Shown here in pieces: positions 1-9,415 of a stretch of DNA of 48,375 bases; the first letter of the stretch is position 1; every line of letters starts with the position of its first letter. The notes under the pieces are model-generated. The model was given only the letters and a program-made list of their open reading frames with translations, was not told the origin of the DNA and did no database searches. The stretch is from a virus (taxonomy: Duplodnaviria; Caudoviricetes): the IMG/VR virus record IMGVR_UViG_3300044769_000069, positions 1-48,375 of that record. One strand, 5' to 3'. Made by a program: the position numbers and the translations under genes.

Positions 1-145
1 ACACCCCTACCGCCAACCGGATCATAGGTGAGGGGCTTAGCTAGGTTGCCTAAGTTGGTCGTGGGAACACCCGTGACACGGTTGCGCGGCACTGTGAGGG
101 TACTCGCTGCCGTGTCGATGCTCCTTCTGTCTGACATTATCCAGA
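1..145. repeat. Terminal direct repeat, left copy (circular assembly overlap)
   Basis: Identical to 48231-48375 except C127 vs A48357. Confidence 0.97.
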
Positions 146-239
146 TGCCTAGCAAGCCTCTGGCGAGCGGGTGCCCACGATTGAGTTCTGTCTCTAAGCT
201 TGGCTGGCGATACTTCCAGCCCGGACGTGCATTAAGCAT
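1..239 (-). CDS. 5' part of LamG/ConA-like virion protein spanning the genome junction (continues to 47657)
   Basis: ATG at 239-237 overlaps the TAA of the upstream gene (TAATG); reads MLNARPGWKYRQPSLETELNRGHPLARGLLGIWIMSD-R-RSIDTAAST, in frame with ORF 47657..48367. Confidence 0.85.
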   Translation of the reverse strand, partial: MLNARPGWKYRQPSLETELNRGHPLARGLLGIWIMSDRRSIDTAASTLTVPRNRVTGVPTTNLGNLAKPLTYDPVGGRG

Positions 240-742
240 TAAGCCACCGTATAAGTGATACCCGTGTACTTCCAGACGTGGTTGCCGGCAGTAGAGTTGG
301 AGTTGACACCCGAGTTGTGGGTGACAAAGATGCCCCACTTCAAAGGCATCACGCCTCCGAACAACTGTGCCACTGAGAACGTCACGTAATAGGCCCGGTC
401 ACTGGTTGTGCTGTCAATGTCTATGACAGCCGCGAGCTTCAGGAAGCCACGTCCTACGCCAGCGCTGGTGATCGTCTCTGCGCTGGACGTGCCATCGAGA
501 ACGTCAGGGTAGTTGGGTGTGTCATTCAAGACACTAAACACGTAAATGAGAGCCTGGGTGTTTACCGTTGGAGTCGTGCCGACTGTCCACAGCCCGCCTA
601 CAATGGCATCGACATATTTGTTCGATGTGTTGTCAACGACTGCTGACTCTACGCCAGCCACAAATGTCGAACTGCTGGCGATGTTCTCTGGTGCGACGGT
701 GATAGTGGCGGACGCTGCGTATGCAATGTTTACGGTTGCCAT
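239..742 (-). CDS. Putative virion structural protein (beta-rich, tail-associated)
   Basis: 167 aa, Thr/Val/Ala rich, AAGGGG RBS, lies in tail gene block. Confidence 0.65.
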   Translation of the reverse strand: MATVNIAYAASATITVAPENIASSSTFVAGVESAVVDNTSNKYVDAIVGGLWTVGTTPTVNTQALIYVFSVLNDTPNYPDVLDGTSSAETITSAGVGRGFLKLAAVIDIDSTTSDRAYYVTFSVAQLFGGVMPLKWGIFVTHNSGVNSNSTAGNHVWKYTGITYTVA

Positions 743-751
743 GGTTCCCCT

Positions 752-1615
752 TTAAGCCTTCGTGTACTTGAGCGATAGGACGACGCGGGTGACGGTCGCG
801 GCGCTGTCTACATTAAACCGAAGAATGTCACCAGCGCTAACCGAGGTAGTCCAGCCGGTCAATGTTGCGTCTTGCGATTTTGTCGCTGCTGAGATCGTCG
901 GCTTCGCTGCTGCGGTGATCGTGTCCGCCACATCCGGTGGAAAGTTCGCGTAAGTGTCTTTCCAAATGTCTATGACGATGCTTCCACTTTGGTCTGCCAG
1001 GAGCGTGGCTTGCGTGATGGTCAACGCAAAGGGTATCTCCACGTCACCCTTGATGCCAGTGCTGATCGCAGACCCGCCCCCGTCAATGACCACTTCTATC
1101 GCGCCCGTCTTGGCGAGGGTAGCAAGCTTTGCCACAGTGATCGCGCCAGAGTCTACAGCCCACGCTGCGCCGCTTGAAGACACTGTTATGTCACCCTTGT
1201 CACCGTCTGCAATGCCAGCACTGCCTGTTGGGGTTAGCCCACCGAACAGTATAGCCTTGGGAGTAGCCGAGGCTTCGAGCGCATAGCCAAAGTCGCCAGA
1301 GGCGATTGTCGAATGCGGCGTGGCCTGCCCTGCTACGGTGTGTGTCTTGATGAACTGGCCGAGCGTGGCCGCGGTGTTCAGATTCACCTTCGGCACCCAA
1401 CCAGCCGTGGCTACGAGGCCTGTGGCATCATTGGCAATGCCGTTGGGCTCGATGATGACCCCAACGCCTGTCGTGATGTAGGCCCCCGTGGTTGTGGTGG
1501 TGAACGCCGAGGCCGTGCCCGTGCTGATGACAACAACGTCTCCGTAGGCTAGGTTGCCTCCAGACTTGTTGGTCAGTAGTGCAACGACGCTGCGATTAAG
1601 CGCTGTGTTCGCCAT
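752..1615 (-). CDS. Putative tail/capsid fibre protein
   Basis: 287 aa; ADGDKGDITVS motif and C-terminal IDGGGSAISTG..LADQSGSIVIDIWKDTYANFPP domain typical of phage virion fibres. Confidence 0.65.
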   Translation of the reverse strand: MANTALNRSVVALLTNKSGGNLAYGDVVVISTGTASAFTTTTTGAYITTGVGVIIEPNGIANDATGLVATAGWVPKVNLNTAATLGQFIKTHTVAGQATPHSTIASGDFGYALEASATPKAILFGGLTPTGSAGIADGDKGDITVSSSGAAWAVDSGAITVAKLATLAKTGAIEVVIDGGGSAISTGIKGDVEIPFALTITQATLLADQSGSIVIDIWKDTYANFPPDVADTITAAAKPTISAATKSQDATLTGWTTSVSAGDILRFNVDSAATVTRVVLSLKYTKA

Positions 1616-1739
1616 CTGGTTTCGCCTTCTCTAGTTCTGCGACTTTCACCGACAACTGCTGCTTTTCATACTCCAAGCGTAACAGCTGCATCAGCATCGC
1701 ACCAAGTTGTTTTGTGACTGACTCTTCAAACGTACCCAT
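1596..1739 (-). CDS. Small coiled-coil protein (47 aa; possible fibre chaperone), not in ORF track
   Basis: MGTFEESVTKQLGAMLMQLLRLEYEKQQLSVKVAELEK...; start overlaps upstream stop, fills the gap in the operon. Confidence 0.55.
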   Translation of the reverse strand: MGTFEESVTKQLGAMLMQLLRLEYEKQQLSVKVAELEKAKPDGEHSA

Positions 1740-1954
1740 CACCATACCTCCTGAGAGCGTGTGTTGCGGTCTGCTATCGCTACCTGCGTTGTCTCATAGC
1801 CGATCACTTGTTCTTTCAAGAACGACTTGATGCGAGCAAGCACTTCTGCCTGCGTTGCGTCTACCCAAAGCTGTGTTACGAGATCGGTGTGCCCCATGGC
1901 CGTGCGTATTCTAGGCACCGCTGAATCAGGCACTGTGACGGTAAGCTGAGCCAT
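1739..1954 (-). CDS. Hypothetical protein
   Basis: 71 aa with GGAGG RBS, in operon. Confidence 0.65.
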   Translation of the reverse strand: MAQLTVTVPDSAVPRIRTAMGHTDLVTQLWVDATQAEVLARIKSFLKEQVIGYETTQVAIADRNTRSQEVW

Positions 1955-1962
1955 CTACCCTC

Positions 1963-2742
1963 CTATGCATCGAAAATATGAATGTATTTCAACAAGCCGT
2001 TGTAGAGCACCGGCACCCTACCATAGTAAGCCCCGGCTGCTGTGGTGTCCACCCGGCCAAACCCAAGGTCGAAATTATTAGTAGAGCCAGCAGTTGATGC
2101 TAGGTAGATACCAATCGATGTGGTAGTGCCAGCATTGCCATTGTTTTCAACTAACAAGCCGTAGGTATTGGTAGGATCAATTCCACCAAAAACAGGCACA
2201 AGTTGCAGCCCAATCATGCCTGAGATTGCTCCAGCTGTGGAACCCGCATAGGTGACGAAGCGCCCCCCGAAGTGGTTGGTAACTGTCACACCACCGGCCG
2301 GATTACATTGGGAATCAACACGGAACGCTGCGGTTTCAGTGATACTAGCAGAAGGGGTAAAGATCGGAGCGGGGTTGATGCCCCACATAGCCCCCGCGCC
2401 GCCACCCGCGCTGCCCGCTAAGGTAGCCGTTATTGAAGCCGCTGCATGATTGCCTGTGTTGTTTGTGATCGTTCCGGCAATGCTAAGCCGCGCAGCCTGC
2501 GTGTCTGGAGTGGTGCTACCTAGCACCAGTATGTCAGTGGCTTCCTTGTAGGCCCCGATGCCAAATAGGATGTCCCCCTTCGTGGCATGGTTCGTGCTCT
2601 GCAACGTGAGATCGTCACCGCTTCCCGTACCACCCTTGAGCGTCTGCCCTCCGCTCCGTCCTGCGAGGAGCGCGTATTGCGTGTGGTCGTCCAGCGTCAG
2701 ATATTCGGTGTCGCTGTGCCAGATTGTTTTGGGTGTGCTCAT
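1963..2742 (-). CDS. Tail fibre-like protein
   Basis: DDHTQYALLAGRSGGQTLKGGTGSGDDLTLQST motif, Gly/Thr-rich beta repeats. Confidence 0.65.
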   Translation of the reverse strand: MSTPKTIWHSDTEYLTLDDHTQYALLAGRSGGQTLKGGTGSGDDLTLQSTNHATKGDILFGIGAYKEATDILVLGSTTPDTQAARLSIAGTITNNTGNHAAASITATLAGSAGGGAGAMWGINPAPIFTPSASITETAAFRVDSQCNPAGGVTVTNHFGGRFVTYAGSTAGAISGMIGLQLVPVFGGIDPTNTYGLLVENNGNAGTTTSIGIYLASTAGSTNNFDLGFGRVDTTAAGAYYGRVPVLYNGLLKYIHIFDA

Positions 2743-3743
2743 TATAGACCTGCGATGACGTAGTTGACTTCGATAAAGTGAGCCGCTGTCGGAGCCACAG
2801 CATACGCGATCTGCGATCCGTCAGCTGACAACGTGTAGTTCAAAGGGTCCATCAACGAGCCATTATCGAACGCCAACTCAATATACTCCGCTATGTCGAG
2901 GAGATTGAACACTGTCGTGGAGCCATCTGCCGTCAACCGCGTGATGCCATGAAGATGCCCACCACCGGAACTACCGCTGCTTCCGCTACCCGAGTGGGAA
3001 TGAAGGCTCGTCTCACCGCCGTCAGTGAGATCGTCCCAATCCGTGCCCGTGAAGTTGGCGCTGTCCAGATAGTAGGCTCCGCTTTGGTCGTCAAGCAGAT
3101 CGGCATTCAGATTCGCCACCTTCGTAGTGCTGGCGATCACAAGCGGAGCGGTGCCTGTGGCAACGTCTGACTCGAACGTCTGAGCACGTATCTCGAAGCT
3201 GCCTGCATCCCAATCACCCGTAAGGGCTCTCGTGCCGGCCACCAGAAGATACTGCGTGTGCGGGTCGCCTGTGGTGAGCCCACCGAGGCTGTTATGCGTA
3301 AGGTTAGCCTCTACCACGTCGATGCTGAAGGAGAGGATCGAGGCTCCCGTAGGCGTGCCGCCAAGACTGATCTTAGAGCTTCCAGCCGTGACGTTGCCCA
3401 AAGAGCCCACGCCCGTGCCTCCACGTGCCGCTGACAGCGTGCCTGTCCACCCAAGGGTGAGGCTTGTGGCTTTGAGGAGCGCGATGGTGGGGCTTCCGCC
3501 CAGGGTTAGCGTGACGTTCGTGTCGTTCACGCGGGTGAGGGCTTCGGCTCCAGCGCCAATTGCGCCAAGATCATGCTCCACACCAGCGTCGTCCATGTAG
3601 TACAGCCCACTTACACCAACGCGGTCCTTCGCGTAGAGCGCAAGGGTGTTGTCTCCGATTTGTGCAGCGGCAGGAGCCCCGACCTCATTGAACCGCAACG
3701 GCGCATTGAGTAGCTCCCAGGCATATCTTTCAGTCGGTTTCAC
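2742..3743 (-). CDS. Tail fibre-like protein
   Basis: LSAARGGTG, DPHTQYL, STTKVANLNADLLD and LTDGGETSLHSH motifs common in phage fibres. Confidence 0.7.
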   Translation of the reverse strand: MKPTERYAWELLNAPLRFNEVGAPAAAQIGDNTLALYAKDRVGVSGLYYMDDAGVEHDLGAIGAGAEALTRVNDTNVTLTLGGSPTIALLKATSLTLGWTGTLSAARGGTGVGSLGNVTAGSSKISLGGTPTGASILSFSIDVVEANLTHNSLGGLTTGDPHTQYLLVAGTRALTGDWDAGSFEIRAQTFESDVATGTAPLVIASTTKVANLNADLLDDQSGAYYLDSANFTGTDWDDLTDGGETSLHSHSGSGSSGSSGGGHLHGITRLTADGSTTVFNLLDIAEYIELAFDNGSLMDPLNYTLSADGSQIAYAVAPTAAHFIEVNYVIAGL

Positions 3744-3752
3744 TAGCTACTC

Positions 3753-5219
3753 CTACCCCCACCAAAGCATGTACGACTCGTCACCAACTACTATACGAGC
3801 AGCATGGTTTCCGGTGTTGTGGTTAGCAACCCAAATCACCCCGCACCCTATGGGAGCGGCTATCACCGAGGATGACGTAGCCGGCGACCAAAATTCCAGA
3901 TCGCTATCGTTCTCAAAAACCACGTCATAGAACGGGCTATATATCCCACTGCCGTCCACGACCATGCCGATTTTAGTAGGGACGAACGTCATTGCTGAAG
4001 TTGTGATGATCGACGGCATTACTCCCGATGTCAAGTCTGCGTTCGCGTAGTCGCCCCATACATACCGGCTGTTGCTGTAGTCGAACAAGAAAACCCTGCC
4101 TGTGAACGACTTCATTGTCGCACCCACTGGCACGTTCACCGCAAAGCCAAATATAGGCTTTCCTGTAATCGACCAGCTGAAAGCCTGCCCGCCAAACCCG
4201 CCGATGTTATACTCCAGGATGTTGGGAGAGCCGGGAGCACCCACGCAGCTTGAGTTTAAGCTTTTGTACACGATGGACATGCCGGCCATGCCTATGTGGT
4301 CACGTTGCTGAATGCCTGTTTGCACACCGGAGCGCATGTACCACGTGAAGGGCGATGGAGCGTCCCCGCTAATGAGCCCCTCGAAGAAACTCGAACATCC
4401 ACAATCCCCTACTGCGGGGTTTCTAGTAGAAGACTTAAACAAACTACCCTTGTCATAGCATTCGTAGATGTAGTCCCCCTTGCAGGGAGAACTTGTCAGC
4501 AACGTATTCGTTACAGGGCACGGAGAAGGATCGGTCATTCTAACAGGCAGCACCACTGACGTGGAGATAGGAGCCTGAAAGCATTCATCCCCGGTGTACC
4601 CTGAAGCCAGTTCCCACCCACAGATTTCGATAGGGTTTGACCCCCCGCTGTCTGGTATGTTAAACACCACTTCGAGCACTTCGCAGTTGATGGAGATACT
4701 GTTGATGTCCGAAATGTCAGCCGCTTCCACCGTGAAGGTAAAGCAGCCGTCAGCGCAGTCGAGCACCAACGCCCCGTTGACCGGACAGACAATGCAGTTA
4801 CGCCGTATCGAGGCCGATCTGTCGCTGTTGATGTAGGCTTCCAGCTGCGATCTCATTAGGTCTAGGGTAGCAGAGTCCACATCAGCATTGCCAGAGAAGA
4901 CCGGCAGCGTGATGTACTCCTGATACTTCTCAAACGGCTGAAACTGCACCTGGGACTTGACGGTGTACGTGGACGTAAAGGTGCTGCCCGCGTCGTCACT
5001 GAGTTTGTAATAATAAAGGGTTGCCGAGGCTACGGTGGAGTCCACGATTGTGGGATAACTACCGTATGCCGCGGGGATATTCTGAATGCTGGAGAACGAG
5101 CTATTATCGGTCGAGCGCCACAGAGACACAGCACCAGCGCCGGCATAGGAATACCGGATCGTTGTCGTGTCATAGCTGTTGCTCTCCACACGGATGTTTG
5201 TGAAATCAGCTGCGGACAC
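3753..5219 (-). CDS. Cys-rich putative tail protein with N-terminal Fn3-like domain
   Basis: 488 aa; DSTVASATLYYYKL Fn3-like strand; numerous Cys in the central part. Confidence 0.55.
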   Translation of the reverse strand: MSAADFTNIRVESNSYDTTTIRYSYAGAGAVSLWRSTDNSSFSSIQNIPAAYGSYPTIVDSTVASATLYYYKLSDDAGSTFTSTYTVKSQVQFQPFEKYQEYITLPVFSGNADVDSATLDLMRSQLEAYINSDRSASIRRNCIVCPVNGALVLDCADGCFTFTVEAADISDINSISINCEVLEVVFNIPDSGGSNPIEICGWELASGYTGDECFQAPISTSVVLPVRMTDPSPCPVTNTLLTSSPCKGDYIYECYDKGSLFKSSTRNPAVGDCGCSSFFEGLISGDAPSPFTWYMRSGVQTGIQQRDHIGMAGMSIVYKSLNSSCVGAPGSPNILEYNIGGFGGQAFSWSITGKPIFGFAVNVPVGATMKSFTGRVFLFDYSNSRYVWGDYANADLTSGVMPSIITTSAMTFVPTKIGMVVDGSGIYSPFYDVVFENDSDLEFWSPATSSSVIAAPIGCGVIWVANHNTGNHAARIVVGDESYMLWWG

Positions 5220-5517
5220 TGAAGGTTTCCTTTATCTGGCGCACGGTTTCGCGCACCCCAAGCTGCTTTAGGTGGTTTAGGATGTACTGTCTCGATCTAC
5301 AGGCAGCGCATTGTTCTATGCCCACCTTCTTGGTTATCCAAGCCACTGCGTCTCCCCACTTCACACCCTCTTTGCCTAGCTCCTCATTGAACTGTGCTTC
5401 GAGAGAGCGGTGGGATGGAGCGGAAGCTGTTAGCTTCCCGCCTTCCATAGTAAGCTCTGTGCCATCAGGATGCGTCACCTTGATCACCTGATTCCCGATC
5501 TTCAGCATTGACTGCAT
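5206..5517 (-). CDS. Small CxxC phage protein
   Basis: WGDAVAWITKKVGIEQCAACRSRQYILN motif. Confidence 0.6.
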   Translation of the reverse strand: MQSMLKIGNQVIKVTHPDGTELTMEGGKLTASAPSHRSLEAQFNEELGKEGVKWGDAVAWITKKVGIEQCAACRSRQYILNHLKQLGVRETVRQIKETFSVRS

Positions 5518-7121
5518 TATCCCTCCGATGTAGAAGCTGCTCTTGTTATGTCCTTCCGTTCGCTGTTGGGGAGCATGGTGATCGCTCCAGAGAGGAGCAC
5601 CGGAGAACTTGTGGTGTTAGGCAAAAGCTCCATTCGTAGATTCACCCATTCCACGTTCATAGGTGGAATGTCGTATCTCACTTCCACGTAGGTGTCGCCT
5701 CTCTTCTTAGGACGAAGATCGTACACCTTGCGGAAGCGAAACGTCTCCTGGTGATCGAAGCCGATGCTTATTGCACACTTGGCGTAGGGGTTAGCCTCGA
5801 ACGTGAGCATGGCCCCTGTCACCTTCACACCGTGATCGCTGGCACGTAGCCAATCCGTGTCGTAGTACCGGGACACTTCTGCGTTAGACGTGGCGCTGAT
5901 GTTGTCCACCTTCGCTACCGTGTCCAGCGTGTAAGCGGCTGTGCCGCTTGTGCCGATCAACGACTGCTCCGATGTCTTTGTCCACCGCACCATCTGCATC
6001 GCGCTCCACGGCTGCGACGTGCTGTACGTGCTGTACGTGAACTCGCCGCTATGGTAGTTGAAGTCGATGCGGCCTGTGTTGCCAGAAGAGTCCAGAGGAA
6101 AGAACAGGCAGTAGAGTTCCCGGTCGTCCATCACCGCGCTGCGGCAGTTGGCTACGCCAGCCTTGTACAGATCGTTCTGGAGAATGTCCGTTACGTTAGG
6201 CGGTAGGAGCGAGAAGGTGTTCGCGTTAGCGATGTACAGCTGGTAGTCGTCTCCAAGGTAGATAACGCCTTTCTCACCCACGGGCTGAGCCGCGAGCGGA
6301 GCGAGCGTGCCAGGAGCCCCTTGAAGGAGCTTCTGTGAGAAACGTATCTGACCACCCACCCACCGCATTACCACTACCGCGTCTTCCTTCATGATCATCG
6401 CGGCTTCGCCCCACGGAATGCCCGCGAGAACAGCGCCGGGTGTCTCATCGAAGTTGACTAGATTCGGAGCGCACTGCGTCCAATCATCGTCAGGGGTTTC
6501 CGAGTACATGGCGCGGCGAATCTTAAACTCCGCGTCGGCAGTGTCATAGATGTGAAGCAGGAACAGGAAGCCGTAGTAGCTCATGATGGCCTTGGCTTTG
6601 GGAGCCGTGCCAGAAGCTATCGCTGCCGTGTTGCCGCTGCCTGTCCATGAGCGTGGGTTGTCCTTACCCTCATTGACGAAGTAGAGCTTGTTTCTAAAGT
6701 CTGTCCACTGTGGCTTATCGCCGGATGCTCCGTTAAGCGCAGTGCCGGTGATGTCTGACCAAGCTGCCCCCGTGCTCTTCTCCACCTTCGTAGGACCGAT
6801 ACGGAGCAGCGTTGTGGCTAAGGTGCTTGGAGCAATGTACGGCATCAGCTGAAGCGGAGCCTCTGACATGGCAGCGCCGAACGTAGCATCGAACGTCACC
6901 CCTCCACGTGCCGACACCTTGTTATGACGCACTTGAACATTCTTTAGGGAGCGAGTAAAGCCGTCACCGGGAACAGTCCTGGACTTGTCCATGCCCTTGA
7001 ATCCAGTGATCGGGAGAGGCTGTTCACGTGCAAGCATTGAAACTCCTAAGTTAAGCGCAGGGGGCAGGATGATCCCGCCCCCCGCGAGCCGCATTGAATG
7101 CCCGTGGAGGGAGACAGGCAA
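5517..7121 (-). CDS. Tail tubular/nozzle (P22 gp10 / T7 gp12-like beta-propeller) protein; true start probably near 7038
   Basis: About 500 aa, FKGMD..LKNV N-terminus and propeller-like repeats, follows adaptor gene. Confidence 0.7.
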   Translation of the reverse strand: MPVSLHGHSMRLAGGGIILPPALNLGVSMLAREQPLPITGFKGMDKSRTVPGDGFTRSLKNVQVRHNKVSARGGVTFDATFGAAMSEAPLQLMPYIAPSTLATTLLRIGPTKVEKSTGAAWSDITGTALNGASGDKPQWTDFRNKLYFVNEGKDNPRSWTGSGNTAAIASGTAPKAKAIMSYYGFLFLLHIYDTADAEFKIRRAMYSETPDDDWTQCAPNLVNFDETPGAVLAGIPWGEAAMIMKEDAVVVMRWVGGQIRFSQKLLQGAPGTLAPLAAQPVGEKGVIYLGDDYQLYIANANTFSLLPPNVTDILQNDLYKAGVANCRSAVMDDRELYCLFFPLDSSGNTGRIDFNYHSGEFTYSTYSTSQPWSAMQMVRWTKTSEQSLIGTSGTAAYTLDTVAKVDNISATSNAEVSRYYDTDWLRASDHGVKVTGAMLTFEANPYAKCAISIGFDHQETFRFRKVYDLRPKKRGDTYVEVRYDIPPMNVEWVNLRMELLPNTTSSPVLLSGAITMLPNSERKDITRAASTSEG

Positions 7122-7133
7122 ACAAAGGGCCGT

Positions 7134-7454
7134 TTACCTGAATATCCCTGGAGCCGTGATGTTGAACAGCTTCACCTGGACGGAGGGTATGTTGGAAGAG
7201 GACGTAGCCACAACCTTGACGAAGTAGGCTCGTTCCTCTGTCCCTGCTCGCAAGGTCACTGTCACAATGTCTCCACTAATGGAACTGGAGACAACCACGT
7301 CCGCCGTGATGTCCACGCCGGTGGTCGAGATAGCTGTAATAACAGTGCTGACAACGCTAGTGCTTTCAGGAATGAAGCCGTCGAAATCAAATGCCTCATC
7401 GAATTGCTCTCCTGCGAACTTCTCAAGCACCGCCGTGTAAAGTAGGTCTGCCAT
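7134..7454 (-). CDS. Ig-like virion protein
   Basis: 106 aa beta-rich, GGAG RBS, EKFAGEQFDEAFDF motif. Confidence 0.55.
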   Translation of the reverse strand: MADLLYTAVLEKFAGEQFDEAFDFDGFIPESTSVVSTVITAISTTGVDITADVVVSSSISGDIVTVTLRAGTEERAYFVKVVATSSSNIPSVQVKLFNITAPGIFR

Positions 7455-7463
7455 CGTGTGCTC

Positions 7464-8345
7464 CTAGAAGAACTTCGCTTTGTTGTGCATGGTGTTGACT
7501 TTCTCACGCGCAGCGGGAACTAGCTCTGTCTCGATCATCGCCAAGTCCTGCTTCAGCTGTTGACGCTGCTCCATGCCTAGATCGTAGTCCGGGGCAAGGC
7601 GCACGGCCAGCTTGTAAATGAGATAGTCTTCCCATCCAAGCGGGAAGTCTGGATTGTCGTATGGCCCGTCGAAGTCGTAGAGGGGCCTCTTGTAGCTGAG
7701 CACAAGGAGATCGCCGTTGCCGTAGGCCGTAGCCGTCACCCACGTGTTAGCTGTGAGGGTCTGGTCGCCTTGCGTCCAGAACATACGCCAGCTGGCTCCG
7801 CTACCCGGCTTGTTCTCCGAAGAGGATGTGTGGTCCGCGATGCACGTGTAAGTGTAGTCGCTCTGCACCACACTGTCGCCGGCTGTGACACTTGAAGGGG
7901 CAGGCCAGATGTAGAGGCGCTGATCTTCAAGCAGCCGGGACCGTTTAAGGTAAAGCTTGAGCGGATCGCCTGTCTCCGCTTTGTTCGCCAAGGAAGCGTA
8001 TTCCTCTGCCGAGATAAGGTCTAGGGCAGCGCTGTCTGAGCCGTCCGTGTCGCGCACGGTGGCGTACAGAAGCTCCTGAATGGCAGGGAGGTCCTCGTCC
8101 GCACTGAAGACGTAGCGGCCAGCCACAAGCGGGAGATACGTGGTTTCTTGAGCCCACGCGCTCTTCGCCAAGCCGGTTTGCTTCAGGTCTTCCGCGCGGA
8201 GGATGTTGTTAAGCGCACGTATGGCTTCCCGCAACTTGTGAACAGGCGGGTTGCCGTCTTCCGGCCAGCCCTTGATCTTGCGCAGGGCTGACGCGATGAT
8301 TTCATTTCGCGTTAGAGCGAAGTCCGCCGTTGTTCCAGTAGCCAT
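7464..8345 (-). CDS. Head-tail adaptor (P22 gp4 / T7 gp11-like) with inserted carbohydrate-binding-like module
   Basis: TRNEIIASALRKI N-terminus, LYIWPAP, DFPLGWEDYLIYKLAVRLAPDY. Confidence 0.75.
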   Translation of the reverse strand: MATGTTADFALTRNEIIASALRKIKGWPEDGNPPVHKLREAIRALNNILRAEDLKQTGLAKSAWAQETTYLPLVAGRYVFSADEDLPAIQELLYATVRDTDGSDSAALDLISAEEYASLANKAETGDPLKLYLKRSRLLEDQRLYIWPAPSSVTAGDSVVQSDYTYTCIADHTSSSENKPGSGASWRMFWTQGDQTLTANTWVTATAYGNGDLLVLSYKRPLYDFDGPYDNPDFPLGWEDYLIYKLAVRLAPDYDLGMEQRQQLKQDLAMIETELVPAAREKVNTMHNKAKFF

Positions 8346-8357
8346 TTACCCTTCCTA

Positions 8358-8597
8358 TTACCGAGGCCCTTGATACCCTTGTGGAAACTCAACCTGCCCC
8401 GTCTGAGGATTGATCCTCGGGAGCGGAGCGTTAAGCGGGGGAGGCGGGGGTTGTACAAGCCCAAGCTTCTGTAAGATGGACATACCCGTGTCCTGCACAC
8501 CTTGAGCCCCGCGCACAAGAGCGTTGTTCGTGTCGAGAGGGACGATGTTCCGTAGAATGTTTCTCGCTAGTTCGCTTGCAGCGTCTTCAGCCATCAA
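8358..8597 (-). CDS. Hypothetical Pro/Gln-rich protein
   Basis: 79 aa, AAGGAG RBS, fills operon. Confidence 0.55.
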   Translation of the reverse strand: MMAEDAASELARNILRNIVPLDTNNALVRGAQGVQDTGMSILQKLGLVQPPPPPLNAPLPRINPQTGQVEFPQGYQGPR

Positions 8598-8605
8598 AGT
8601 TCTCC

Positions 8606-8977
8606 TTATGTCTCGTAGATGATTTCAACACCGACGTTGGACGTTGGGCCAGTGACTCCAGCCGTGCCAGCAGTGGTGACGCAGGCAATGGACAGCGCTG
8701 TGTCGTACACGGTGCCTTCAACAAACACAATCGTGGTTTTGGTGGACCCGTTACCGACGAACACCCAATTAGGAGCCGTGGTGCCCACTGTGACGGAGCC
8801 CGAGGCTATGTTCCATAGCTTCAGATGCACCGCGGTAGCGTTCAGGACGTTATCGATGACGATGCTGTGTATCTTGCCAGCACCGGAGTCTATGCCGGCG
8901 ATCACTTCCGCGATGTCAGTGTTGACGTACTTCTTATATCCAGCCGCGGAGTTTACGTCGATTATGCTAATTGCCAT
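8606..8977 (-). CDS. Putative virion (head decoration-like) protein
   Basis: 123 aa beta-sandwich-like, LKLWNIASGSVTVGTTAP motif. Confidence 0.6.
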   Translation of the reverse strand: MAISIIDVNSAAGYKKYVNTDIAEVIAGIDSGAGKIHSIVIDNVLNATAVHLKLWNIASGSVTVGTTAPNWVFVGNGSTKTTIVFVEGTVYDTALSIACVTTAGTAGVTGPTSNVGVEIIYET

Positions 8978-8986
8978 CCGATTCTC

Positions 8987-9415
8987 CTACTGTTGAAACT
9001 GCCATTGGCCGCTCCTAATCTGTTCTGCGATTCGATGTGATCTTCGTCCCACTTGAGAGGCCCACACACTGTTTAGCGCGTGGGAGGCAGCTGCTTCCCA
9101 ATCGCCTGCTTCCATTGAAGCGAGCATGTTCTTGAAGCCCCGAAGCCGCGTGATGCCCATGTTGAACGTCATGTTAAGCAAGGCACCAAGCCGTGCTTCA
9201 TCAAGGTGCTCTGCCCATGGGAAGGCCTCAAGCAATTCCTTTAAGTGATCGCGGTAATCGTTGTTAAACAGGTAGTCGATCTCGTCTTCCGTGAGCCCAC
9301 GCTTCAGATTGCGGCCAATGCCTATCGTCGGGATGTTGAGCGTGTCGTGGTAGAGATACCGGCTCCGCTTCTCGTCCTGTTCAAGCTGCTTCTGTGCGTT
9401 TGTCTTTAGGCTCAT
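8987..9415 (-). CDS. Endolysin, T4-like lysozyme (GH24)
   Basis: E-x8-D-x5-T triad (DEKRSRYLYHDTLNIPTIGIGRNL), NMTFNMG, SVWASQVGRR. Confidence 0.93.
   Translation of the reverse strand: MSLKTNAQKQLEQDEKRSRYLYHDTLNIPTIGIGRNLKRGLTEDEIDYLFNNDYRDHLKELLEAFPWAEHLDEARLGALLNMTFNMGITRLRGFKNMLASMEAGDWEAAASHALNSVWASQVGRRSHRIAEQIRSGQWQFQQ

Noticed and set aside
1-145. Biological T7-like direct terminal repeat
   Set aside because: The repeat lies mid-gene and in frame, which fits assembly overlap of a circular or permuted genome better
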